Made by a program: the position numbers and the translations under genes
Assembly: GCF_963506605.1 (NCBI RefSeq)
Contig: NC_083276.1
Span: 116,994,001 to 117,058,000, forward strand
Source: Zootoca vivipara
Lineage: Eukaryota
Direction: 5' to 3'
Length of the DNA stretch: 64,000 nt
Part shown: positions 50,676-63,180 of the stretch, in pieces
How the letters are laid out: each line of letters starts with the position of its first letter
Position numbering within the stretch: position 1 is the first letter of the stretch
The notes under the pieces: model-generated
The model's database searches: none
The model's input: the letters and a program-made list of their open reading frames with translations, nothing else
Told to the model about the DNA's origin: nothing

Positions 50676-50721
50676 CATAACCTCCAACATTTCTCTGATG
50701 AAAATAGGGACATCCTATTCA

Positions 50722-50778
<57 letters not shown>

Positions 50779-51082
50779 TATACCTCACCCATCTGACTGG
50801 GTTGCCCCAGCCACTCTGGGCAGATTAAAAAATTAAGTAAAATAAAAACATAATAAAACATTAAACATTTTTTAAAAAACCTTCCCCTGCAGGTCTGCCT
50901 TCAGATGTCTTCTAAAGGTTATCACCTTGGCTCGGGGGTCGCATAACTCCATACCCTCCAACATTTCTCCAATGAAAAGTGTCCTAACGAAAAGCGGGGC
51001 ATTCGGGGATCAAATCAGAAACAGGGACGGCTTCTGTAAATCTGGGACTGTCCTTGGACAATAGGGACGCATGGCGGGTGTG
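50676..51082. mobile_element. Composite non-autonomous element with embedded LINE tail and (ATT)n
   Basis: Colinear with the reverse complement of 53829-54278. Confidence 0.7.
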
Positions 51083-53062
51083 CAATCCTATTCATATTTA
51101 GCCACAAGCAAATCCCACTACCCGGTATATTCAATACTACTTACCCCCGCCCCCCAGGTTTCTAGGGAGTAAGCTACACTGGGCACTATAGTATGTACTT
51201 CTGACTAAGCGTTCGTAGGACTGCACTATTAAGCATGTGACTGTTCACTGCCATACTGAGCATTGCAACTAAGAAGAAAGTCTTGTGGCACTCAAAGCGA
51301 CTTCCTTCTAAGAAGGGTGCATAAGATCGCTGAAAGTCTCCCCAAAGTTTCATGGGACTTGCATGCCTAGCAGTGCAATCCTATACACGTCTAGCCAGAC
51401 AGAAGTCCTATTCATTTCAGTGGGACGTACTCCAGAGTAAGTGTGTACAGGATCGTAGCCTATGTCTCTTTGGATTGCACTCACTGGATGCAAACCGCCA
51501 GGCCAGCTGCTCCAACCTAACAAATGGAGATGGTACAGCAATTTTATCTGGTTAATTGCTTCCATTATTTTTAATGAATAGAAACCAACAGATGCTATCC
51601 TTTTCACTACCCAGTAAAACATCTCTATACTATGTTCTTTCAGGAGTTAGGGCATTTCTCAGTATCCTTTTGCTTATTACTTTACCTCTCGGTCATTCAG
51701 ACACAAAAGCACATGATCTCTTAAGCCACTACTATGTTGGGGGTGGGTAAAAAAAGCACAGTTTAAAAATCAAATCTTATAATTTCAGCCACTTTTCCAT
51801 AGCCTTGGAAAAGCAAGACAGTATAAAGATATGCAGTATAAAGTATACATCTTTTATAAAGATGTATTACGCTGGTGATGCTACAATGCATACAATTCAT
51901 TTTTAATTTTTTTTTATATTTTTAAGGTGCATAAACAATAGTTAACAGCAAATAAGTAGAATATAGTAGTTTTCAAAGTGTCAGTGCTAAAATTATGACT
52001 GTCTATTAAGAGATGGGATAGCCCTACATGATAATTATTGGTTAAGAGCTGTAGTGTGCTGGTAGTCAGTGAAATACAAAGAACTGGTTTCTACAATTCT
52101 TTAAACAATATGTGACGTCCATGTGATTGCAGTAAATAAAACACATTCCGCTGTAGTCTCTAATTTTTCCACAAATTAATAGAGTAAAATACATTTAGTT
52201 TGTTATTGCTAGACAATTTGCACTCGCCAAAAGAGCATTTACATTTGATAGACAGATTATTATTTAATCATTTTATAGATTGTGTACACATCCATAAACA
52301 AATTATTGTAAAATGCCATGTACCGCAATTGTCCTTTTCTTCGGTCCATAATCATTGCTTCTACCTATGAAATAGCCCAACTTATGCCCATTAGGAAAGG
52401 TTAATTATGAACACTGCCAAGAAAGTCCTCAGACGTATTAGATATAAATCATTATAGACTAACCAAAAGGAGGAGGATCAATAACTGCAGGAAGTAGACA
52501 TTTTATTTGTGATTTTAACATTAGGGACACCAGGAAAGGTTCTATGATTATAAGGGAAAATTTGGAGTGAACTTTAGAAAATTATTTTTTTTATGGTACT
52601 TTAAAGGTAGGGTGCATTAACACTGGAATTAGCTTAGATCTGAGTGAAAAGGCAAAATCTGAATCTACAACAAGCATACCTTTGTGGGAATAAATGCGAC
52701 ATTAACGAAATTACACTTGCGGCTTATTTTAAAGATGCTTACTCAGAAGTAAGTGTCGCTGAGCTCTACAGCATTCATGTTCAGGGCATGTGTGCTGAGA
52801 CCTACAGCTTTAGAAACATGTCATCTGGTCTTAGGGTAAAATGTTCTATGCCGGAATACACAGCGTCAGTCGCAAGGGGAAAGACTAGCACAAGGAACTA
52901 ATGGCAGGAAGAGAAGGAGTTTACAAACTGCCAATGGCCCAGTAATGCAGAGAGAATCTTTTGTTTCCATGGCAAAAGTGGGCTCTAGGGCAATATATAC
53001 TTGATTTAAATAGAAGGAAGATCTAGAAGCTGGGGGTAAGAATCGGAGCCAACCGTCTTGAA

Positions 53063-53315
53063 CAGGGGTCAGCAAACTTTCTCAGCAGGGGGCCGGCCCA
53101 CTGTCCCTCAGACCTTGTGGGGGGCCGGACTATATTTTGGGGGGAAAACAATGAACAGATTCCTATGCCCCACAAATAACCCAGAGATGCATTTTAAATA
53201 AAAGGACACATTCTACTCATGTAAAAACATGCCGATTCCCGGACCGTCCGCGGGCTGGATTTAGAAGGCGATTGGGCCAGATCCGGCCCCTGGGCCTTAG
53301 TTTGCCTACTCCAGG
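53063..53315. mobile_element. hAT MITE
   Basis: Starts CAGGGGTCAGCAAACT; perfect 8-bp TSD GTCTTGAA. Confidence 0.85.
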
Positions 53316-53374
53316 GTCTTGAATGATACAGGATGCTGCCTTAGAAGCAGTAATAGCTCAAGCCATTTTTAAAA

Positions 53375-53785
53375 ATTATTATTATTATTATTATTAGAAT
53401 TTATACACCGCCCTATACCTGGGGGTCTTGGGGCGGTTCATAGAATAAAATCAAGATATAAAACCACAAAATACATAATAAAAACAAAAACAACCCAATG
53501 CCCCCCCCACAAAAAAAAACACTTTTTAAAAGGGCATAGGATGTAAATCAGAACAACCAAAGGCCTGGTTAAAAAGGAACGTTTCTGCCTGGCACCTAAA
53601 GATGTATAATGAAGGCGCCAGGCAAACTTTCCTGGGAAGAGCATTCCGCAGAGGGGGAGCCACTGCAGAGAAGGCCCCATTTTCCTGTTGCCACCCTCTG
53701 GAGGGCCTCTAAAGATGATCTCAGGGTCTGGGTAGGTTCATATGGAAAGAAGCAGTTCTTGAGGTATTGCGGTCCTGAGCAATTT
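53375..53785 (-). mobile_element. L2-type LINE 3' end
   Basis: (ATT)n tail next to the ACCGCCC...GGGCGGT stem-loop, followed by a typical L2 3' region. Confidence 0.7.
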
Positions 53786-53828
53786 ATTTGCACCATTATA
53801 TGCATAAAATCAGGCTCTAGGGCTCTAG

Positions 53829-54191
53829 CAGACCTTTCAAGTGTCCCTACTTTCCAGGGACAGTCCCGGATTTACAGAAGTTGTCTCAGTTTCTGATTTG
53901 ATCCCAGAATGCCCCACTTTTCCTTAGGACATCCCTGTTTTTGTTGAAAATTGTTGGGGGGGGGGGTATTATAGGACGTCCCTATTTTCTTCAGAAAAAC
54001 GTTGAAGGATATGGACTTATGTGACTCCCAAGCCAAGGAGATAAGTAACTATACCAGCTTTAGAAGACGTCGGAAGGCAGCAATGTATAGGGATTTTTTT
54101 TAAAAAAATGTCATTGTGTTTTTATATACGTTGGAAGCCACCAAGAGTGGCTGAAGCAAGCCAGTCAGATGGGCAGGGTATAAATAATACA

Positions 54192-54232
<41 letters not shown>

Positions 54233-54278
54233 GAAATAGGACATTTCAATTTTCATCATAGAAATGTTGGTGGGTATG
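53829..54278. mobile_element. Composite non-autonomous element (inverted copy)
   Basis: Colinear with the reverse complement of 50676-51082. Confidence 0.7.
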
Positions 54279-55189
54279 CTTCAGGAGGCAATATCGTTAG
54301 AGGCCAGGATCCAAGGAACCATGCGATTGAGGCTGTGTCCAAGACTGTTTTGATGTACACTTTCTAGGAGCCTTTAACGTAGGCTTACTACTACTACTGA
54401 AGGAGCTACACTAGTGGCGTTCCACTTTGGGGAATGAGTTACTCTGGGAGCCACGACAGGCAAGAACGTTATTTTCTCGAAGTCTTTTTTAATGCTTGTA
54501 CTCTATTCTATTCTATTCTATTGCATCTGCATTGTAAGCCACCATGTGGAGATAACTGGACACACACAAAAAAGCAGAATATGCACCTTTAATGTGGATA
54601 AATAAATGGATGTAGCAAAGTGTTCTGAAACAGAAGGGACTTTCAAAATTACTTTTGTAACATGGCTCTGCTGGTTTCCTTGTTTCCTTGCTTGCTTGTA
54701 AAAAAGGGGGCGGGGGTTAAACAGTCCCATGGGAAGTGTCCAAGCTATAGTTCTGTGGGTTCCAGACAGCAGCAAAGATCCATAAAGGTATTGTAGGTTG
54801 TGTGACTTCTCAAACATTGGAAGGAATCAAACACAACTGCAGAAGAGCAAAGAAAAAAGCAGCTGCAAAAATTGGTGCTCTGCAGTGCCTCAGGGGGAAA
54901 ATCAAGGCACATTTAATAGTTATTTGGAAAATTTATATAATGCTTAATTGCAGTTCATCTCTAAGCAATGAACAAGTCACTCAATCCAATGCAATAAAGG
55001 TTAGAAAAAACACCCCATGTAAAGTTTGTTTGTGGCTTCTCTAGTATGCAACTTTTGTTGTATCGGTAAAAGTTTTCAAAAGCGAGTAATCGCAACATAA
55101 GGAGTCCATCAAAAGAAACTGGAAACCATAGTCTTGACAGCTATTTTTGTGCATGTTGACTCTGACTTTGAGCAGAAGACCCCTTATGC

Positions 55190-55325
55190 CAGGCATCCCC
55201 AAACTTCAACCCTCCAGATGTTTTGGCCTACAATTCCCATCTTCCCCGACCACTGGTCCTGTTAGCTAGGGATCATGGGAGTTGTAGGCCAAAACATCTG
55301 GAGGGCTGCAGTTTGGGGATGCCTG
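55190..55325. mobile_element. Palindromic 136-bp hAT MITE (same family, opposite orientation)
   Basis: Same TIRs; TSD (C/T)CTTATGC. Confidence 0.9.
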
Positions 55326-55705
55326 TCTTATGCCATCTCACAGGCTGCTTGTGAAATTGCTCTCCAGTTGGAACTAGGGGTTGGGAGCCAGTGGTCTAGG
55401 AGCTGAATGTAGCCCCCAGACCTCTTTGTCCAGCCCTCAGAACTTCCCCCAGGCTATGCCCTTCACAATTGTAATCCCTCTTACCTAGGAGTAAGTCCCA
55501 TTGAATGCAACGGGACTAACCTATGAGTAGACATGGCTAGGACTGCAAGTGCATACAGGAATGCCCTGATGGATAATTTTGGTTTAGAAAGGTGGCTTTA
55601 GGAAGGCAGGATTTTGAGAAAAGACATTGTGTGGAAAGGAGAATACTTAAGCTTTTCTTCACTTCCTATTTTTCCATGCTAAATCTTCCCACTAAGCTGT
55701 TCCAT

Positions 55706-56075
55706 GGGACGCGAATGGCGCTGTGGTCTAAACTACTGAGCCACTTGGGCTTGCCGATCAGAAGGTCGGTGGTTTGAATCCCTGCAACGGGGTGAGCTCC
55801 CGTTGCTCGGTCCCAGCTCCTGCCAACATAGCAGTTCGAAAGCACATCAAAGTGCAAGTAGATAAATAGGTACCACTCCGGCGGGAAGGTAAACGGCGTT
55901 ACCATGCACTGCTCTGGTTTCGCGAGAAGCGGCTTAGTCATGCTGGCCACATGACCCGGAAAAACTGTCTGCGGACAAACGTCGGCTCCCTCAGCCAGTA
56001 AAGCGAGATGAGCACCGCAACCCCAGAGTTGTTCTCGACTGGACTTAACTGTCGGGGTCCCTTACCTTTACCTTT
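55706..56075 (+). mobile_element. Sauria SINE, full length
   Basis: GGGACGCG head, (ACCTTT)n tail, TSD TAAGCTGT(T/G)CCAT. Confidence 0.93.
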
Positions 56076-57091
56076 TAAGCTGTGCCATGCCCACCTCATT
56101 CAATAATTCTAGATGCATGTTTACTCAGTTGATGCATCATTTCATATTTTGGCATCTAACATGTAGCTTGCCTGTGACCGTCAACATAGAAGACTTGAGG
56201 ATTAGGCCTATACATGTATTTTGAACAGCAAGTGTCACTTGTAGTTAAATGGGTGACATTACAATGGTTAGTTTAGGGTTGTGCAGAATGCAATGCGTTA
56301 TATTTTATTAAAACCCCCACAAACTAATACTTATTACAATATAAAGATCAAAATATCTAAATCCACATCTATCTAAACTATTATCAAACATGAACTGATT
56401 TCAGAGGTTAAAGTGTGCCAACGTTAAATTAAATAAATTTTACGGGAAGGAAGCAAGGGATGGTGTCCAACTAAGTCTGAGTAGAACCATTAAAATTAAT
56501 GGACTTAAGTTAATTATATGAGTCTAACCTGAGTATGGCTAATGTTCAATATCATCATAGTAATGATCACTGCAGAATTTGGAAACTCTGAATGGTTATG
56601 CAATTTTTCCTTGGGCATTGCAAAATCTGCCTAACTTAATGGGTGATCCATAAGGCAAAAATGACAAAAATAAAAAAAATCCTCAAAGGTGCATAATGGA
56701 CTGCAAACATGACAGAGGCACCACAGATGGAATAAAGGTGAAATCACTGTTAGCATCAAGGAAGTACCCGTTGTTCCAAAATTTACAATTACCGGTAAAC
56801 TTGAAGTTTCCAAAAATTCAGGAAGTTTAAAAACATACATGTTATTTTAAAAGTTTGAAATTTAGGACTTACATGCATAATAAAGATATAATAGCCAAAA
56901 TTAATTTAATGAGTTGTAAAGGAAAGGAGGTTATGAAATATTGACAAAACCCAATTATTTTCTCTTTTGATAACTGCACATATTTCTATTTATGCTTTGA
57001 GCATATTCTGGTTCTTACAAGGTTCATTTTCAAACCAAGACTCATACCACAAAAATGGAACGTCCCTATTTAGATCAATGGCTATATTGGA

Positions 57092-57119
57092 TATATATCT
57101 ATATCTATATCTATCTATC

Positions 57120-57169
<50 letters not shown>

Positions 57170-57188
57170 ATCTATACACACACACACA
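57092..57188. repeat. (TATC)n tetranucleotide repeat followed by (CA)n
   Basis: Seen directly. Confidence 0.95.
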
Positions 57189-57998
57189 GTGGGATCCACA
57201 ACTCAGATAAGTGAAAGGATTGGGTTTAAAACTTAAGTCTCAAGGGGAAACCAAGCAATGTGCAAACCCGAAGAATTGGGCTATAAACTTAGTCTGGAGG
57301 GAAATCCAAGCATTTTGGATTAACTGAGCTGCAGAGAAAGTTGCGTATTTGTGAGTAAAGGGTTCAGGGCTCTTATGCCACAAATGGAACACAATACTAC
57401 CTTCAGGGATTTTAATAAATGTNNNNNNNNNNNNNNNNNNNNNNNNNNNNNNNNNNNNNNNNNNNNNNNNNNNNNNNNNNNNNNNNNNNNNNNNNNNNNN
57501 NNNNNNNNNNNNNNNNNNNNNNNNNNNNNNNNNNNNNNNNNNNNNNNNNNNNNNNNNNNNNNNNNNNNNNNNNNNNNNNNNNNNNNNNNNNNNNATCTCA
57601 TACATATCTGTCTTCAGCTGCTGCCCAGTACTGTGGTGNNNNNNNNNNNNNNNNNNNNNNNNNNNNNNNNNNNNNNNNNNNNNNNNNNNNNNNNNNNNNN
57701 NNNNNNNNNNNNNNNNNNNNNNNNNNNNNNNNNNNNNNNNNNNNNNNNNNNNNNNNNNNNNNNNNNNNNNNNNNNNNNNNNNNNNNNNNNNNNNAAACAC
57801 AGAGTGTGTGTGTGTGGGGGTGTGTGTGTGTGAAACAAAAGAGGAAACCAGCTGCTTGGCTTGGATGTAAAACGGCACGTTTATCCCATGTTACGCTACA
57901 TTTGCAATCTACTATTCTTCCTGTTGCTACTAGAAAATCTGTAAGTTGATCAAAGGCTATTAAAAAAAAACAACCTCCAAAAAACACGGATTACTCAC

Positions 57999-58041
57999 CG
58001 TGACATCAATGTTGATAACATCACCATCTTGGAGAGGGCGG
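57999..58041 (-). CDS. METAP1D: METAP1D exon 5 (43 nt)
   Basis: TTAAG|C...ACG|GTGAGT. Encodes RPLQDGDVINIDVT, including the first metal-ligand Asp. Frame is continuous with exons 4 and 6. Confidence 0.95.
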
Positions 58042-58879
58042 CTTAAGCATCGTCATAGGAGGGGGGAAACAACAACAACACATAATGGTGATGACAGGCA
58101 GTTCTCAATAAGGAAATGTAAGAAAGCACACACGAACACGCACATAATCACATATACACCTAAACAAAAGTAAGAGGAGCGAACATAATTGAGTAGAACG
58201 GGGAGGAGGTAGATGGAATCGTCTTTAAGCTCCCAGCAGTTCAAAAGAATCCCAAACAAATAAATGGGATAAAATATTATCATATTAAAATAATATAAAA
58301 GGCAAGAAACGAAAATTATAACCATGATGATCTCATCACAATTACAAGACTGATGGTTGGCACCTTTTACTTTGTGAAGAGGCAATATTAATTAATAATT
58401 AGCTATATATGGGGGGTATAATCTTTTTTTTTTAAAAAAATCCACCTTTAGGCAATATAATTTTTCTTTTGAGTGATTTTCTCTCTCTCTTGGATGATAA
58501 CGCCCCATAGCCTGCTGGGAAGAGATGGCAAAGCACTAATCATTGTTTTTATTACTGCACACCTTCCTTATGTGCCAACATCATTTTCTTACAGCGTGAC
58601 AACCAGCTGTATTAAGACTTTTTTTTGGGTAGCATTCAATGATACTGCTGCGGACACTGGGTGACATTCACCAAGCATGGCTGCTGTGAAATCTCTATTA
58701 AGGAAGAAGCTTCCGTACAGACCCATTGAATTAAACATATATATATGTGGCAATGGCATTGGGTGGATTTAAAGCATCATGCATTTATATTGTATAAAAT
58801 ATAAAAAGAAATACACACTGTACTAGCAAAATATTTCAATTCTGCAACGGGAGGGAAAAGAAACAAGAACTCGGAGTAC

Positions 58880-59028
58880 CTGTCAGGAATCCCATGGCAC
58901 ATCACATTGTTGACTGAGGTACAAACAGATTTTGGAAAATTTCCATAGCCCAGAGGTGATGGGTAGGCATCTTGCCTGATTATTTCATGGTGAACCAAGC
59001 AATCTATTTCTTCTGTAGTCATGCCAAC
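58880..59028 (-). CDS. METAP1D: METAP1D exon 4 (149 nt)
   Basis: TTTCAG|GTT...AG|GTACTC. Encodes [49 protein letters not shown](S), a type I MetAP motif. Confidence 0.96.
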
Positions 59029-59592
59029 CTGAAAGATTGTGATTTAAAATTTGCAATGAATTAAGTGCCTGGTGGGTCCTGCATATGGAACACGATAAAA
59101 GGAATGCTTTTAACAAGAAACTAGAGCCACCACACAGCTTGTGCCCCTGACAAAAATTAGCTTCCTTGAAGAACGGTTCGATACCAGGCGCCTGTTATGG
59201 GAAGCACTTGGTCACTTCCAGAAGAAAAGCAAATGAGTAGCTCGGGATTTTGGACCCTTGGGCAAGACTGCTCTCCAACAGGCAGCCCAGTGGCCACAGG
59301 GACATCAAAACATAAGGAAGTTGCCTTGTACTGAGTACTTATCTATGTAGCTTACCATCGTCGACACAGACTGTTAGTATCTCTCCAGGGTTTCAGCCCT
59401 ACCAGGAGAGAATTGGAACTGGACCTGGGACCTTTTGTATGCCAATTAGCTTCTGGGCCCAATTAAAGGTGCTGTTTTTGACCTATTAAGCCTTTAACTG
59501 CTGAGGACCGCAACATGTCAAGGACCCCCATATAAACTGTCCTGGACTCTGCTTCCATCATCTTAGGCCCTTCTTTGTGTGGCACCTCCACG

Positions 59593-59937
59593 CATAGCTG
59601 CCAAGTCTCCTGTTTTCCCTGGGAAATCCCTGTTTTTCCAGCAGTTCCTAGCTGAAAAAACGGATTTTTTTTGTTTCCCCCCGGTTTATTCTGGCGTGGT
59701 GGCCATTTTGGAACTGGGCGGAGCATGCTCAGAAGCGACTTTTGATGCTGCTCTGCCCAGTTCCAAAATGGCTGCAGTGCGACTTCTGGCACGGCGGCCA
59801 TTTTGGAACTGGGCAAAGCAGCATCAAAAGTCACTTCTGAGCATGCTCCGCCCAGTTCCAAAATGGCGGCAGCGCTACTTCTGGTCTGCTATTTCCGCCC
59901 GGTCCCTTATTTCTCTGACAGCAACTTGGCAGGTATG
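59593..59937. mobile_element. hAT MITE with internal nested palindromes
   Basis: TIR CATAGCTGCCAAGT / ACTTGGCAGGTATG; 8-bp TSD CCTCCACG. Confidence 0.87.
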
Positions 59938-61866
59938 CCTCCACGAGGCCCAGAGGCCGGCAACATGAGAACGGGCCTTTTCTGTGGTGGCTCCCTGTTT
60001 GTGGAATGCTCTCCCCAGATTGCAAATTGAGGATTCTCTCACGTGACCTCTGTTCTTCCTGGAAGGTCCGTGCAAAGTGAGAATAGCAGCACTGTGGGGT
60101 TGGCGGGTGCTTTGCTAGTCTTGGGGTCCCAGCTAATTCCCAACAATGCCACCCTCTTGGGAGTCACCCCCAACACTGCCTAAATTTCATCCTTACCACA
60201 TATTTACCATTTGCCTTCCCAGGCCACTTCCATGCATCTGCTTGGAAGCAGATTCCTTGGTGCAGGTCCTGCGTTTTTGTTACGTTACTCTATAAAATGC
60301 CATGTATACACTGATAGTGCTATATAAATAATGAACCGCAATATGGCATTTGCATTTTCCTGGAGAGCCATTTTCTCCTCAACAGCTTTAGACAAAAGAA
60401 TTTCCTGTTCCAAACTTCTCTCTACAGTACAATCAAAATTATTTCCCTCTGTATATGCTAGCACCACATTCAAAATCGCAACGCCACTTTAATATTTCAA
60501 TTCATACTTGGGAACAGTTTGTATAGCAATGTAAGCAGCCCTGACTACAATACAATTTAAACCTGTATTAGCATTTCCATTTTGACACCCTGGTTTCAGA
60601 CACCTATCATTTCTAGAAACTTCCATTTTTCTGGCTTGGATTTTCCAGATTCTGTTTTATACTGGAGCTGATTGTTTCCAGTAAGAATTTGAGAGGAGGA
60701 AGAAGAAAGCTCTGGACCATTTTTGAATATGAGTAAAGTGGAGGAAAATATACACTTTAAATATTATCATTACAACTCTTTTCCCCAGAACAGAACCAGC
60801 TGTGAAATGGCGAGGGTTGAAAGTTGAAATTTGGTAGGAAAACCTCCCTCATTGTCAAGAAGTGCCTTTGAGTGTTCCTGTGAAAATTGGTTGTGATTTG
60901 AATGAGCTATAAGCCTATGAATACGACACTTTAGCAAAGGCACTATGATAGGTATAAACTTTCAGTCCCTTACTTTGGTTTCTAGCCATACGCAGCAGCT
61001 CTCAACACAGCAAAAAGATTTAGGAAATCAGGTCACACTGTAACTGTGCCTGAATTCCTTCTTCCACGTGAAATGGGCATAACAGTTGAGGTTTGGAGGT
61101 TACAATGATGTATGTGGTAGTACATCAGGTGCTGCAATGGGTTTAAGCCGTTCAAGGAACCGATTACAGTTCTTTCGCTCTGGATAGAATTCCACCACTG
61201 CGGAAGATGGGCAATGACCTCGCTGCCTTTGGGCAGAGAGGGAAGCTAAAAATAAATAAGACAGGCATACTTTGTCTTCACTGACGTACAGCACTGAAAA
61301 CGCATGACCCAACGATGGCTGTTGTGATTCTAACAACAGGCACTTCAGCAGGTTCAGTTTCTATCCCAACACTGCTACAGATGCAAGCATGGTTTGAGGT
61401 GTGGACCTAGGAAACCAGGGTGCCATCTGCAATATACATTTAAAGCAGTAATCGTGACACTTTAAAACATCATGGTTTCCCTTCAAGACTCCTGGGAACT
61501 GCAGTTTGTTAAGGGTATTGAGAGGTGCTGGGAGACACCAATTCACCCCACAAAACCACAATTTTCTGAGTGGTTTAACAGCCATTCCCTCTTTTCAGGC
61601 AACTCTAGGATTTGTAGCTCTGTGTGTGCGGGTGGGTGGGGGGAGTCTCCTAACTCTCAGCACCTTTAACAAACTGCATTGATTCCTGTGGGGGGGCCAA
61701 GTTCCTATTTCAATCTCTATCTGTTTCCTCTTTGCTTTGTTTTCCCTATAAACTTTCCCCAGTTGCTATTTGGGCAGTATAGTTTTATGAGGCTCAAGGG
61801 GCAATTTTCAACAAAAAAGGAGAAGTGTAGGGGAAAGTTTGTCCATCTTTCTTTTCTCCTTTACAG

Positions 61867-62033
61867 CAGAGCTTTCCAAACTTTTCAGGTTGGTGACACA
61901 CTTTTTAGACAAGCATCATTTCTTGGCACAGTGATTCAGTTTTACTATCAAATCAGAGGTTAAACTAACCCATTTCCAGCCATGGGAGGAGCGTGGAGAG
62001 CAGTGCAGCCCACACACAGTTTGGAAAGCTTTG
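61867..62033. mobile_element. hAT MITE
   Basis: CAGAGCTTTCCAAACT...AGTTTGGAAAGCTTTG; TSD CTTTAC(A/G)G. Confidence 0.8.
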
Positions 62034-62231
62034 CTTTACGGCATTCTTATCAATTTCTTCCAGTTAATTCTAGATATCACTCCTCCTAAGAGCAAACTCG
62101 GTGTTTCTGTGTGCCAACATGCATGGCATCAAAATGAGGCTACTGAAAAACAAGAGAGAGTTATTAGCATGCCTGGGTGCAGTGGAGAGGGGATTCTAGC
62201 TTGATGCCTTGCCCATTGGAGCGCATGAAAT

Positions 62232-62738
62232 CAGGGTTGCCATACGTCCAGAATTTCCCAGACATACCCAGAATACTGTAGTTGGAAGCAGTGTCTAGGC
62301 GGAAATCTGTTGTTGTTTTTAATTGCTTTTATTTTTTATCTATGTCATTTTAAATTGTGGTTGATATTAATGCTGTATTCTTAGTTTTAGATTTTATGAT
62401 TTATGTGGAAATTGTATTCCATTTGGCTGCGTACTTTTTGATTTGTTTTGTTTATTGTTTATGACTTTTGTTATGTTGGTAATTATTTAAATCTTGTCAT
62501 GTTGTAAGCCGCCTTGAGCGTTGTTTTAACTATGGAAAGGCGGCATACAAATAAAATGAATGAATGAATGAATGAATGAAATCGCCAAAATGTCCAGGAA
62601 ACTCCAGACATATGGCAAGCCATGTTGGCAGCGTTGTTTTTGCTGATTTCCCTAGAAAATAGCTCAAAATAGGCAATTTTTAAAAGCGATTTTGCTTTGT
62701 GTCTAAATTTTGATTTTTTTTGAAATATGGCAACCCTA
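62232..62738. mobile_element. MITE (AGGGTTGCCATA TIR) carrying a LINE 3' tail with (GAAT)n; related copy at ~42513-42722
   Basis: Ends CAGGGTTGCCATA...TATGGCAACCCTA. Internal GTAAGCCGCCTTGAG...GGCGGCATACAAATAAA(ATGA)n. Confidence 0.7.
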
Positions 62739-62749
62739 TTTAACATCTC

Positions 62750-63180
62750 TATGAGACCACTGGGAGAGATTGTCTGGGGACCTGGAATGTGTAGTCATCA
62801 ATATGCTGAGGATGCATGGCTCATTTTCATCTTCATCTGATACCAAGGAAACTGTTGACATTCTGGATCAGTGTTTTGGCAGTTGTGATGGGTGGGGTGA
62901 GGACTAATCACCTGAAGCTTAATCAAGACAAGACAGAGGTGCTCCTCCTGGCTGTGTGGGAACAGGCTCTGGAATAGGGATTCAAACTGTTTGGGATGGG
63001 GTAGCACTCCGCCTGAAGAACTGGTTTGGAGGTACTCCTGAATTTACCTTGCTCCTGGATTCTCAGGAGGTGACCGGAGTACCTTTGTCCAGCTTAAACT
63101 GGTGCATCAGCTACGTCCATTCCTGAGGTGGTCTGACCTATGTAGTTGCATCTAGACTGAATTTCTGAAATGCATTAGAC
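62750..63180 (+). mobile_element. Degenerate L2/CR1-group reverse transcriptase fragment
   Basis: Remnants HQYAED (YADD-like) and LKLNQDKTEVL. Confidence 0.75.
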
